A stretch of 64,000 nucleotides of DNA from Escherichia coli (GCA_902500205.1 GCA_902500205.1_4868.1); one strand, 5' to 3'; positions 39,890 through 49,976 are shown, numbered from the stretch's first letter. The notes: generated by a model from the letters alone, not told the origin. Translations and numbers: made by a program.

Positions 39890-41743
39890 ATGGTAAAAAT
39901 CGTTGACTCTAACAACAACGCTCAGCAGAACAACACTCAGACTCAAGACACCGCACCACTGGGCGGTCTGGGCAACGAGACTGTAAAAGTGCAAACTGCT
40001 GTGCCGGGTACTTCTACTGTCAGCCAATTCGATAACGCATTTGGCATCCGCAACATCAGCACCTATGCAATGCACTTCGTCAACCTCCTGGACGAGCTGA
40101 AGAAAAGCAACGAATACCTCAACGCGTTCCGCTGGGGCACCATCGCCGGCGTGGGTAACGAAATGGGTTCCGCGGCGTATGTCGCAGGCCAGTGGCAGGG
40201 CCACTGGCTGTATGGTATCATCTTCTTTGAACGCGGTCAGTCTCTGCGTCTGAAAGAAACTACCAACAACGGCCAGGAAGACTACTACACCATCACTGAA
40301 CTGTTCAACAAAGACGTGCTGGCAGTAGTACAGAAAAACATCATGGAAGCGCATGGTCTGACCAATGCGAACTTCATGATCATCAACTCCGTACCAGACC
40401 TGGGTAAAGTTCTGGATGCTGAGTGGGCACGTACTCTGATGGGTCAGATGATGATGGGCATCTTCGGTCGTATCGCAGGCTACCTGGGTACGCTGAACCT
40501 GCGTAAGCATGACCGTTATCAGGCTGCAGTAATGCCGCTGGAAGATGGTGCGGTTGTGGATGCTAACGGCCACGCACAGCGTGCTGATTTCGCAATCACC
40601 GTTGAACACAGCCCAAGCAACGTAACCGACGCCACTCCGACTCTGCTGGACACCAATCAGGTACAGGTGTATCCGCGTGTATCCGGTACTGGTTTCGTCA
40701 ATATGCGTTTCACCGGTCAGAAGCCTGTCGTTAACGGCGTCTACGACCTGAAACAGCTGCAGGCTGAAATCGTAGTAAGTCTGATCGATTCTCAAACTGA
40801 AGGTGCAATGGCACCGTATGAACGTCAACTGCTGCTGCTGGCTGCATTTGCAGAAATCGCGGCAATCGGTGGCTGGCGTGACCTGTTTGTGAAACGTCTG
40901 AACAAACAAGATCGCAAGTTCTCCCGTGTGGCAGAATACCTGTCCTGGGGCGCTGACGCTCGTCCTGACGTATCCAAAATCGACGGTAGCCGTGAAGCTA
41001 TCGAAGGTTGCCTGGATATGTTCGCACCGCGTGAAGCAGCACTGGTAGTTAGCCATCGTGCCGGTAACGGCCTGGGTGGTCTGTCTACTTTGCTGTCTGA
41101 AATTGCGGTCGGTTACGACAACTCTCTGAAACAGCTGCTCGCTATTCTGAATTCCATGTCCCCGCGTGATCAGAACGGCGAAGTTGTTGCAGCGACCAGC
41201 TTCACTGCAGTATTTGCTTCTGCACTGAAAGCACAGCTGGGCGATGCCTTCAATGGTACCATCCATTGCAGCCACATCGTGAAAGCAGCCGTACCGACTG
41301 TTTCCGGTGTTTACACCGGTACTGCACAGAAACGTAGCTTCCAGGATATGGACCTGATTTCCGTTGTTACCAAACTGGGTGATAACGCGAACGACGTCTA
41401 TAGCTACCTGAACGCACAGTCCTACAGCCACCGTGAACTGAACGAGCGTCAACAGCGTATCTACATGCTGAAACTGGCCGCTTCTCTGTTCGCATCCAAA
41501 GCACCGCAAGCTACCGGTGAATCTCTGGATATGGCTATCAACCCGATCTTCGGTAAATGCCTGCTGGACTTCGTCCGTAACAACTGCACCTGGTCTATGA
41601 CTGGTGTAAATGCCTACAACACGATGGCGACCTCTCTGTTCTTCAACAACGGTGGGGAAGACTTCACGCTGTCTGGCAACGGCCTGTCTGCAAGCGGTTC
41701 CGATTTCGGTCTGGGCGTGACTCTGAGCAACTTCAAACTGTAA
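39890..41743 (+). CDS. abundant protein; candidate phage-nucleus shell protein (chimallin) or major capsid protein (617 aa)
   Basis: Strongest codon optimisation in the window; two tandem promoter motifs and conserved leader AAGGAATATTTAAAATG upstream; strong terminator downstream; size fits chimallins (about 600-630 aa). Confidence 0.45.
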   Translation: MVKIVDSNNNAQQNNTQTQDTAPLGGLGNETVKVQTAVPGTSTVSQFDNAFGIRNISTYAMHFVNLLDELKKSNEYLNAFRWGTIAGVGNEMGSAAYVAGQWQGHWLYGIIFFERGQSLRLKETTNNGQEDYYTITELFNKDVLAVVQKNIMEAHGLTNANFMIINSVPDLGKVLDAEWARTLMGQMMMGIFGRIAGYLGTLNLRKHDRYQAAVMPLEDGAVVDANGHAQRADFAITVEHSPSNVTDATPTLLDTNQVQVYPRVSGTGFVNMRFTGQKPVVNGVYDLKQLQAEIVVSLIDSQTEGAMAPYERQLLLLAAFAEIAAIGGWRDLFVKRLNKQDRKFSRVAEYLSWGADARPDVSKIDGSREAIEGCLDMFAPREAALVVSHRAGNGLGGLSTLLSEIAVGYDNSLKQLLAILNSMSPRDQNGEVVAATSFTAVFASALKAQLGDAFNGTIHCSHIVKAAVPTVSGVYTGTAQKRSFQDMDLISVVTKLGDNANDVYSYLNAQSYSHRELNERQQRIYMLKLAASLFASKAPQATGESLDMAINPIFGKCLLDFVRNNCTWSMTGVNAYNTMATSLFFNNGGEDFTLSGNGLSASGSDFGLGVTLSNFKL

Positions 41744-41770
41744 TCGAATCGGTTACTGAGTAGTTAGGAA

Positions 41771-41810
41771 ACGGACGGGGGCTAACGCCTCCGTCCTTCC
41801 CTCTTTTTTT
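41771..41810 (+). terminator. intrinsic terminator
   Basis: GC-rich hairpin GGACGGGGG-CTAA-CGCCTCCGTCC plus T-run. Confidence 0.7.
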
Positions 41811-41825
41811 GTTGAGGTTGACAGT

Positions 41826-43777
41826 GTGAGAAAGGTACCAAAATTCTACGGAATATCCGGCCGGTTGGTTAGTCAGGATAACTATTTGTCCGATTTGCAA
41901 ATAGAAGCTGCTGCCAAAGGTATTAAACCACCCACTATTATTAACGATGTCGCCGTTAACGGGGATGCGATCGAGGTTGCTGAACTTATCGATCGCATGG
42001 TACAGAACAGAATCGTTGACGAAGAACTGAACTCTGCACCGATTTGTAGTTTGGATTGTCCGGCACCGATCGCGCATCGTTACAATCTCGGTTGTAAGTG
42101 TCCGACGTGTGGCTATGTTGTAACTGAACATCGAATTGAATCCGATGTCTGGTTACGTGCACCCGATGAAATGGGTAACTTCGTCAACCCACGATTCTGG
42201 GCAATGTTCAATGCTTTCTTTAATAGCAAGTTGAAGAAGTTTGAACGTAACAAGGTCACTATCGAACGCGGTAATGACTTGATGATGTGGATGATTGACC
42301 CGTATTACCGTATAGAAGAACCAGACGGTAAACGCGCACATGCTGTGAAACGTGTATTGGAAGAACATGGTTTCGTTCGTGGCTTGCGCAATCTGGTTGA
42401 TAACCACGTTAGTATCTTTAACATCCTTACCACGCCAGAAGCCTGGAAGGAAATCTTCGCACCTAATCGGCATAACGCCGCTGAAGGTGAACGCTTACGT
42501 TTACAATGGAAGGAGCTATTCGAAACGCAACGCCATGCATTCTTCCCAAGACACTTACCGCTAATCTCCTCTAAGCTTATCGTTACTGAGGAAGGTCGTC
42601 GTGGTGTCATGGTAGACCCAGTGTTCACGGGTGCTATCGATGCGGTGAAAAATATCGCGTTACTTTATACGCGGCGTAAAGCGATCGAACCACGTTTTCT
42701 GATTAGTCGCGCTTTGAAAGCCAACCGTCAGTTAACGTACTTCCACATGGACTTCCGTCGTGAGTCTATGGAAGGTAAACCGGGTGACTATCGTGCGAAA
42801 TTGGGTTCTACCCATATCCCATTCGGTGGTCGTGCAACCATCTCACCTATCTCAGAACCACACGATGCCTGGAAGTTAAAAGCACCATGGCGTTGGATGG
42901 TTGGGTTGATGTCGACCCACATCGAGAACAAACTGCTACGACGGGGTTATTCGTCACGGCAATGTGAACGTATCGTTGCAAAAGCGGCAATGCAGTATGA
43001 CCCGCTTGTAGATGAAATCTTTAAAGAACTGATTCGTGAATCCCCAGGCGGTCTTGGGATCATGGTCATACCGCTACGTAACCCAACGCTGGTACAGTTG
43101 TCTATTCAAACGCTGTACATCGATGAAGTTGTTACCGATGTTAACCAGTGTTCGCTGCGTATCTCTGACCGTGTGATCAAGATGGCTAACGGTTCGAAAA
43201 GAGCCCCATCGGACGGGAAACCTCTGATGCGTATTCTCCTGAAATGCTGGGAAACCCTAAAGCGTATCTACCAGAAATGGGGACGAAAGTCTGAAACAAC
43301 AGATACGATGGCCTACGCTAAACAATACTGCTAACGGTTGTGATAATGGGTAATCAGCAGCGAAGCCTCGTGAGAGGAACGTTCAACGACTATCGCTGAA
43401 ATGCGAGTAGGGGTCCCAGTGGACTTCGAAGTGGGAGAACACCTAAGGCGATAGCTATGGTGAAGATATAGTCTGTGCCTTATCGAGAGATAAGGAGGGT
43501 GTCTTAGCACACCTGCTGTATACGGAAACGGTATACGGTGGACAAACAGGATTTCGATGGCGACCAGTTCCAGGTACGTTTGCCAGTCGATGAAACTGAG
43601 ATGAAGTTGGCGCTCCAATTCCGTCCAGATAACGGCTTTATGTCTTCTACTGATGTGGACCGCGTAGAACACGGCATGGTTTTACATAACGAGCTAATCA
43701 GTATGCAGAACCAGTTCCTTATTGAAGCAGATGAGGATGATGAAGAAGGCATTCCGTTGGAAGCGGTGATGGGCTAA
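41826..43777 (+). CDS. RNA polymerase beta-prime subunit, N-terminal fragment, interrupted by a group I intron (exon 1 from 41826 to about 43166, exon 2 from about 43532 to 43777)
   Basis: Zn-finger-like CSLDC..CKCPTC; NPTLVQLSIQ matches beta-prime APTLHRLGIQ; exon 2 carries DFDGDQFQVRLP (catalytic NADFDGDQ); GTG start with GAGG upstream. Confidence 0.7.
43167..43531 (+). ncRNA. group I self-splicing intron (boundaries approximate)
   Basis: Canonical core elements: Q-like AATCAGCAGC (43351), R GTTCAACGACTA (43381..43392), S AAGATATAGTC (43463..43473, identical to the Tetrahymena S element), P9 hairpin CCTTATC..GATAAGG; 5' exon can end in T and intron in G with frame restored. Confidence 0.7.
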
Positions 43778-43790
43778 TAGGAGTATTGTA

Positions 43791-44372
43791 ATGTGGCTAC
43801 AAGGTAGCACGGTGTGGACGAAACAGACCGAAGGTAGCGGGGCACTCAGCGTATTCAAAGAATCGTTTTCGCTGTCTAGCCTGGCACCCGATCTCGTTGA
43901 CCGTGTAAAAGAACATTGTCAGGACTTAATCTCACTGGAGCGTTTCCGTGAAACATTCAGTACCGCACGTAAATTACGTTATAGCGATGCGGTAGAGATG
44001 GTAAGACAGATCGAAGAGTTGGGTGAATTCCAGTTCGCCAATGCTGCTTTACAGCCATTCCTCGTTGCCATGCCGGAATATCGTAAGTTGTATAATGACG
44101 GTATGGCGACTGGCTATGAGAACGGCTTTTCGCGGTTGGATGTGTTCAAAGGCAATGCGTATATGCGTACCGATGACCACTTCCGCGAAGCAACATCGGG
44201 CATTTCGACGAAGTACGATGAAGATAAGATTTGGCAATGGGCTACCAATGAAGATCGTGCAGTACGACTGAGTCGAATCGATAAAGTGGATATTCAACTT
44301 AACTGGGCACGCATGTCAGCTTTCGACTGGGAAGATGGTGATCCCTGTTCGGAACTTGGCGCGACGTGTTAA
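43791..44372 (+). CDS. hypothetical protein (193 aa)
   Basis: AGGAG upstream of ATG; terminator downstream. Confidence 0.55.
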   Translation: MWLQGSTVWTKQTEGSGALSVFKESFSLSSLAPDLVDRVKEHCQDLISLERFRETFSTARKLRYSDAVEMVRQIEELGEFQFANAALQPFLVAMPEYRKLYNDGMATGYENGFSRLDVFKGNAYMRTDDHFREATSGISTKYDEDKIWQWATNEDRAVRLSRIDKVDIQLNWARMSAFDWEDGDPCSELGATC

Positions 44373-44380
44373 AAAAAGAT

Positions 44381-44407
44381 GGGGCTTCGGCCCCTCTTTT
44401 TTTCTTC
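44381..44407 (+). terminator. intrinsic terminator
   Basis: Hairpin GGGGC-TTCG-GCCCC plus T-run. Confidence 0.7.
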
Positions 44408-44455
44408 ACTGGGGGCTGTATGCAGCATCCTACCTTGAATTTGACAGGAGCTAAC

Positions 44456-44842
44456 ATGATTGCGGTAGGAACCTTATCCACACGTGGCTGGGCACGTACA
44501 CCCCAGGAAAAGGCGCGTGAGTTGATGAACCATTACACCGAGTCTGGCTATAGCCAATCGGTGGTTTATCGTGGGAACATTAAATCACTTGCGTATACGC
44601 AAGCTGTGTTTGCACAAGATCCCGACGGGATGGTTGCCCAGATTAAAATGGATTTGGAGAACCTCTACGGGAACGTATTTCCTGCTGGCGTTGAAGTTGA
44701 AACCAGCTGGGAGTTTTTAAAAGATTCAGATGTGCGTTACCGCATCTTCATTAGTGTCCGTGTGCAAGAAGTTGTAGACGGTGAATGGTACGATGTTGAG
44801 CGGTACGTGGATACCGAGTCGAGTGCGATTGAGGATATGTAA
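44456..44842 (+). CDS. hypothetical protein (start moved to ATG 44456)
   Basis: AGGAG upstream of ATG 44456. Confidence 0.5.
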   Translation: MIAVGTLSTRGWARTPQEKARELMNHYTESGYSQSVVYRGNIKSLAYTQAVFAQDPDGMVAQIKMDLENLYGNVFPAGVEVETSWEFLKDSDVRYRIFISVRVQEVVDGEWYDVERYVDTESSAIEDM

Positions 44843-45516
44843 TGAGCCAGGAACCTACATTTAACGGTGTACCGTTAAGTCAGATGAATGAGCAGATGCG
44901 CTTTGAGTATAACAAACTCAAAGAGATTGAAAAGGATTTGGCGGAAAGCCAGAACGTCTGTAGCGTCTTCACCGAAGCACAGTTCCGACGTCAGGGCTTA
45001 CCACTGTTGTCCGGGATGCTTGATGGTACTTTTAACGAAGAGACCTGGACGGCTTACGTAGGAAGTCCATTTGTACCCCTACAGATTGTGGACGATGCTG
45101 ATAATAGCAAACTGCTATTTACCATCCCCGCTCTGCTGAACACCGGCCGCTCGTTAATCACCGTTGACGGCGAACCTTCCCTCTCTGATGAGACTGAGTA
45201 CATCCGTCGTCAGGTTGATGTGATTGCAACCGTCGGTGAAACCCAGATGTACAAGATGATCGATTACACCCTAACCGGGATCGAAAATATGTCTCTGGCT
45301 GAAAATTCAGTTCGTGCGAAGTACATTATTGACTTGCTGAACTGGATTTTCCGACGCTACGGTGTGGGTGGTCAATTGCCATATCCGGAAGGGTTGGTTG
45401 AATACGTCGATAAAATTACTGGCGGTAAAAACACGGCGACAGCTGCAGAGACTTCGGTGCAAGCCCCAGCTCAAACGCAGCCAATCGTAGGGATCGGTGA
45501 TGGAGAAGATTACTAA
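44842..45516 (+). CDS. hypothetical protein (224 aa)
   Basis: ATGA overlap with the upstream gene. Confidence 0.55.
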   Translation: MSQEPTFNGVPLSQMNEQMRFEYNKLKEIEKDLAESQNVCSVFTEAQFRRQGLPLLSGMLDGTFNEETWTAYVGSPFVPLQIVDDADNSKLLFTIPALLNTGRSLITVDGEPSLSDETEYIRRQVDVIATVGETQMYKMIDYTLTGIENMSLAENSVRAKYIIDLLNWIFRRYGVGGQLPYPEGLVEYVDKITGGKNTATAAETSVQAPAQTQPIVGIGDGEDY

Positions 45517-46648
45517 ACCTCCCAAGAAACCAGAAGGCGTTAAGCGCCTTTTGAACACTAATGATATCCATTTGTTGCATAAACGTGTGCCCACATGGCA
45601 CATCGTGGATGTGATACGTGAGATACTCATTAGCTGCGAAAATACGCTTGACGCCTTTTATATAGCAGGGGATTTATTTGATGATTCCCGACATCTTCGC
45701 CAGGAAGATTCTCAAGAAGCTGTGGGCTTCTTGACGTGGTTGCTCCAGTGGTCTAAGGCCACTAATACCGCCGTTCGCATCGTTGAGGGAACACCGTCCC
45801 ATGACCACGGCCAGTCCAAAATAGTTGAGTCGCTGAACATCAGTATAGGCGCAGACTGTTTGTATTTGGCAGGGATCGGGATATTTTACGATCCGGCTCT
45901 CGATGCGATGGTAGGTTGGGTGCAGGACGAATATAAAGCTGCTGGCGTCGATGAAATTAATGCTGCTGCCACTGAGGCAGAAATGGCAGAACTGATGGCG
46001 ACACGAGGCCTGGAGAAGTTAGACTTTATCTTCATGCACGGCTGCTTCCAGTTTCAACTCCCTGTCGAGTCCCCTCGTTCTTTCCACGAGGAGTTCTGGT
46101 TGCCGAGAGTCAAGCACCTGATATTTATCGGGCATGACCATCGACCCAAGGAATTAGACAAGATAAGAGTTGTAGGTAGTCCTGAGCGACTATCTCAAGG
46201 TGAAGAGGAGGACAAAGGCGTAGCTCTTGTCGATTTCACCGATACGGTTGCCAGGGATTATTTCCTGGTTAACCCACGCGCGTGCCCGCAGAAAAAGATT
46301 CGGGCACAGGAAGACTTTGATGCGCAGTTAGCAGCTTGTCTTTCTGCATTAGAATACATCGACAATCATCCTTCGTCCGCTATTGGACGATTTGAAGTCG
46401 AGTATTACGCAGGTTCACCGATGGCCGAATATGTTAGTCGGTGGAAAAAAGAATACACGTTCCACATTTCTGGAGAACGTGTGCGCTCCTCTGAAGAAGA
46501 GGAGTTGTTAGTGAAGAGTTTTTCGAACGAAGCCCCAGTGTACGAAAAACCTACTCCTGAGAACTTCGAACGGTTGGTTCTCGAAGAGCTAACATCAGTG
46601 AAGTACGACCCTGATGTTGTTACTGCAATCATTAGGAAAATAGAATGA
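45500..46648 (+). CDS. SbcD/Mre11-like calcineurin-type phosphoesterase (recombination/repair nuclease)
   Basis: Ordered metallophosphatase motifs: NDIHL (D.H), GDLFDD (GD..D), GTPSHD (GNHD-like), FMHGC, GHDHRP. Confidence 0.65.
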   Translation: MEKITKPPKKPEGVKRLLNTNDIHLLHKRVPTWHIVDVIREILISCENTLDAFYIAGDLFDDSRHLRQEDSQEAVGFLTWLLQWSKATNTAVRIVEGTPSHDHGQSKIVESLNISIGADCLYLAGIGIFYDPALDAMVGWVQDEYKAAGVDEINAAATEAEMAELMATRGLEKLDFIFMHGCFQFQLPVESPRSFHEEFWLPRVKHLIFIGHDHRPKELDKIRVVGSPERLSQGEEEDKGVALVDFTDTVARDYFLVNPRACPQKKIRAQEDFDAQLAACLSALEYIDNHPSSAIGRFEVEYYAGSPMAEYVSRWKKEYTFHISGERVRSSEEEELLVKSFSNEAPVYEKPTPENFERLVLEELTSVKYDPDVVTAIIRKIE

Positions 46649-47481
46649 ATCCAATCAGTGTTGATCGCACTTTCGGGTTCTATTCAGTGTCAATCGCCAG
46701 TTCGCTGGCGTTTGAAGGTCTGCTGCATACCGGCGAATACGCCGACTGGAAAGGCGAATTGCCTATCCATTCCTATCAGGAAATATACCTGAATCTCCGG
46801 ACATTGTTCCGTAACGCCTTCTATGCGTTTGAAGAGAATAGAGAACGGTTAACACCCGACGTGATGCTAACATCGATTGAAGAAGATATTAATAATCTTA
46901 CGGCTACCGCGAGAGCGGTAGCCCCTTCGGTGTTATGCGTTCCGTACCTTTGTAGCTATCGTAGCGCTAACAAAGTGTTTCCCGAAGCCTCGTTCAAAAA
47001 CATCGCAGGCGGGCAGGATAAGATGACGCCAAACCAGCTGCACTATAATGCACTGGAACACGACACCTTAAAAATGTACGGTGAGAAACACGAAAATGAC
47101 TTCCGTCAATTCGATGTTTTCCCAGAGGGTAGCCGCGACACACTGTTACTGACCCACATGCCAGCTGATCTCCTGGCACGTAAAGATTTCCCTAAACTGG
47201 GTTTGTTGGAATCACACACCGGTAAAGTGAAAACGCAACTGGAGTGGTACACCAAACTTAACGGGAAACCCCAACATATTCCGTTTAACAAAGCGTTCCT
47301 GACGTTGTTTGGCGACGGGATAATGTTTTCACCCCTCGATCGCAAAACGCGTGGGGTGGTGTTAAAAACCGCAGAGAAGTACAGCTGGAAACAGGATACC
47401 ACAATGGACCGTATTTATAACTGTCTAAAACTGGTGAATGAGCCATTTGTAATTGAACTGCTCCGCAGGCTTATGAAGTAA
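46645..47481 (+). CDS. hypothetical protein (278 aa)
   Basis: ATGA overlap with the nuclease gene. Confidence 0.55.
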   Translation: MNPISVDRTFGFYSVSIASSLAFEGLLHTGEYADWKGELPIHSYQEIYLNLRTLFRNAFYAFEENRERLTPDVMLTSIEEDINNLTATARAVAPSVLCVPYLCSYRSANKVFPEASFKNIAGGQDKMTPNQLHYNALEHDTLKMYGEKHENDFRQFDVFPEGSRDTLLLTHMPADLLARKDFPKLGLLESHTGKVKTQLEWYTKLNGKPQHIPFNKAFLTLFGDGIMFSPLDRKTRGVVLKTAEKYSWKQDTTMDRIYNCLKLVNEPFVIELLRRLMK

Positions 47482-47546
47482 GTTAAAATTTACGTTAGTG
47501 GGACATCATGTGTGAACCACTAGACTGCTTTTCCGAAAAGGATGAA

Positions 47547-48206
47547 ATGATGATTAACCAAGAAATTTTCAAAGACAAATGGCTTTACCCGCAGACCGAA
47601 CCGGATCAGCAAAACCGTACGCGTAAACTCAACATCGAACCGAATGATTTCAACGGCGATGTTGAAACTTTGAAGTTTAGCTACTCCTTTGGTAAGGGCG
47701 AAGGTCTCTATTTCTCTGCGCCGATTACGGTTTGCCGTACCATTATCGAAGCTCTGCAGGATTGTCTGCGTAAGAGCGAAAAGAGTATGCTGAAGTTTAC
47801 TAACGAAAACGGCAACAAACCGCCCGTTAGTCTGATTGTTGGCCGTGAAGACAACCTGGTACCGTTCATCGCTATTGCCGGTGAAATCCAGGGCGTTGGT
47901 GCCCGCCAGAAGAAGTTCTACTTCTCCTACCCGAAAGGTTTCCGTATTTTCCGCGACGGCCAGCAGGTTTCTGATTTAGAACTTGCCGAGCGCTGCGCAC
48001 GTGCGTTTATCACTAACTTCGAGAAGTTCTTACAGAACCTGGAAGAGAAATATAAGCCGCGTGAATTCCAGCAAGGTGGTGGTAGCTTCGGTCGTGGCGG
48101 ATACGGCGGTGGCCAGGGTGGTGGTCAGCGTAGCGGCGGCGGTTATCAACAGCAGCAACAATCTGCACCTCCAGCAACCACTGATTCTTACGACGAATTC
48201 CTCTAA
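47547..48206 (+). CDS. possible single-stranded DNA-binding protein (Gly/Gln-rich tail ending DSYDEFL)
   Basis: C-terminal GGGSFGRGGYGGGQGGGQRSGGGYQQQQQ tract followed by an acidic/aromatic tip, as in SSB-type proteins; AAAGGA upstream; beside the nuclease gene. Confidence 0.3.
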   Translation: MMINQEIFKDKWLYPQTEPDQQNRTRKLNIEPNDFNGDVETLKFSYSFGKGEGLYFSAPITVCRTIIEALQDCLRKSEKSMLKFTNENGNKPPVSLIVGREDNLVPFIAIAGEIQGVGARQKKFYFSYPKGFRIFRDGQQVSDLELAERCARAFITNFEKFLQNLEEKYKPREFQQGGGSFGRGGYGGGQGGGQRSGGGYQQQQQSAPPATTDSYDEFL

Positions 48207-48292
48207 GAAACAAAATAAAAAATACGCCCAAGGGAAACCTTGGGCTATTAACGCTTATGCGTGGTCCTGCAACACACACTGTAAGAAGATTT

Positions 48293-48313
48293 AGATAGAT
48301 ATTATCTCAGTGC
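48293..48313 (+). promoter_or_regulatory. phage promoter-like motif, class 1 (TAGATAGATATTATCTCAGTG)
   Basis: Conserved motif copy about 30 nt upstream of ATG 48342. Confidence 0.5.
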
Positions 48314-48341
48314 AATCGACTATTCGCGGAGTTCAACTATA

Positions 48342-49976
48342 ATGAAAATTATGAAGATTAAAGACCGGATGACAATCGAGCATCGTGGTCAAGAGGTCAC
48401 ATTTATTGGCTTACGTTATCGGAAGGATAACAACGCACCCGACTACATCACTGTTAAAGGTAAACAGATTGCACGCGACAACATTCTCTTCATGGAATTA
48501 CAACGCGTGTGGGATTATTTAACGCCAGACGAACAAGATGAACTGTTCATGGCGTATCTGATGCTGGACGAGCTGGCAAACGAATCGACGGAAACGCAGC
48601 GTAAGCACATGCCGAAGATTGTGCAGACGATTGCGAAGTTCCACAAGGCCGAAGTGTATCGTAAGCTGTATCCCATCGATAAGCTGTGGATTCCGCAGAA
48701 CATGGAAGATACGCACGATGAAATGAACAGTAATTATCCGGAAGCGATGACGTACATTCGTCCGGACTATTACGAGTTGTTGATACTGGTCCTGATGATT
48801 AAACCGTATATTCCGGTGTTCCTCACCATGGGGACGTTCCCGATAGGTAAGAACTTGCCAATCGAAACACATCGGAAAATGGTGTACAATCTGACATACT
48901 GTCTGGAGATGCTTCAAGACACAGAAGTCATGTCTTTACCTGCTATTCCGAAACTGCGTGGGTTCCTACAGACAGTGATGGAAAAGGTAGAAAAAGAACT
49001 GGCAAACAAAGGTACGAACAGCACCAGTTTGTCGGTACTGGCTACGGTGCGGGGCTATGGCACGGATATGATGGAAGATTATATCCTGGCGTATGCTATT
49101 ATTAAATTGTTGGCTGTCCGTGAAGTCGGTGGTGAATTACCGATTGAAATCATGGTTAACAACAATATCGTCACCGGCATGTATTTTCTGGTTAAACAAG
49201 AGATTGAAACAGGTTTTGCAAACAAAATCTCTAACCAGCCGGTGCTGTTAAAAGCGCATCCGGAAAGTGTGGTATTCAATGGCGAAAAGGGTAAGATAAA
49301 CGCCATGGATTTGGTGCAGGCACGTTCTCCTGCACAGATGAAAGAATACGTCCGTACCGAGTACGTATTTAAAGAATACCGCTCTTTCTTGAAAACAATG
49401 CGTCTGGATAATGCCGCTCCAGCAGATGTTAAGTTATTGATTGATTCGCAACTGGCAACACATGACGGTCCTGTCTATACGTTGCACGAATGGTTAGTCG
49501 CATTAGCACTCCATCGTAGCGTGCATTATAAGACGTATACTGAATGTGGACCAGAAGCGTTTCGCTACGGTATGGCGTTGGCACAGGCAACTTATCTCAA
49601 TTATGGAATGTATGACGTTGCGCAACTGTTAAGTTGCAATATGGTGCGTTCTGAGATGTCTGCCGGTTATGCAGCCGACCCAATTCGATCTGAACTCAAA
49701 GCAGATTTAGATAGATATTATCTTCAGGAGTATCGCAACCCGCGTAATCTCGAACCGCAATCTACACCACGGGAATCACTGACCTTGTTACACAAGGATC
49801 ACATCAACCCGTATCTGTTCCATCTCAGGGCTACACCAGAAGCAGCTGCGCTGCTGAAGTGTGAGACGGATCAGCCAAACTATATACCTCACTTGTCACT
49901 GCACAATAGCCTGGCGGAGTTTATGGTGTTGAATGCACGTCGCAAGTTAGAAGAAGTTGAATGGTTTAATTCTTAA
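48342..49976 (+). CDS. hypothetical protein (544 aa)
   Basis: Promoter motif upstream; long ORF. Confidence 0.6.
   Translation: MKIMKIKDRMTIEHRGQEVTFIGLRYRKDNNAPDYITVKGKQIARDNILFMELQRVWDYLTPDEQDELFMAYLMLDELANESTETQRKHMPKIVQTIAKFHKAEVYRKLYPIDKLWIPQNMEDTHDEMNSNYPEAMTYIRPDYYELLILVLMIKPYIPVFLTMGTFPIGKNLPIETHRKMVYNLTYCLEMLQDTEVMSLPAIPKLRGFLQTVMEKVEKELANKGTNSTSLSVLATVRGYGTDMMEDYILAYAIIKLLAVREVGGELPIEIMVNNNIVTGMYFLVKQEIETGFANKISNQPVLLKAHPESVVFNGEKGKINAMDLVQARSPAQMKEYVRTEYVFKEYRSFLKTMRLDNAAPADVKLLIDSQLATHDGPVYTLHEWLVALALHRSVHYKTYTECGPEAFRYGMALAQATYLNYGMYDVAQLLSCNMVRSEMSAGYAADPIRSELKADLDRYYLQEYRNPRNLEPQSTPRESLTLLHKDHINPYLFHLRATPEAAALLKCETDQPNYIPHLSLHNSLAEFMVLNARRKLEEVEWFNS
49709..49729 (+). promoter_or_regulatory. 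phage promoter-like motif, class 1, intragenic (TAGATAGATATTATCTTCAGG)
   Basis: Full-length motif copy inside the 3' end of CDS 48342..49976, about 260 nt upstream of gene 49989. Confidence 0.4.

Noticed and set aside
39779-41509. 576-aa ORF on the minus strand, antisense to the abundant 617-aa gene
   Set aside because: Fully embedded antisense to a strongly codon-biased gene; its translation is Cys/His/Gln/Val-rich with no ribosome-binding site. It is the usual artefact of an open antisense frame.
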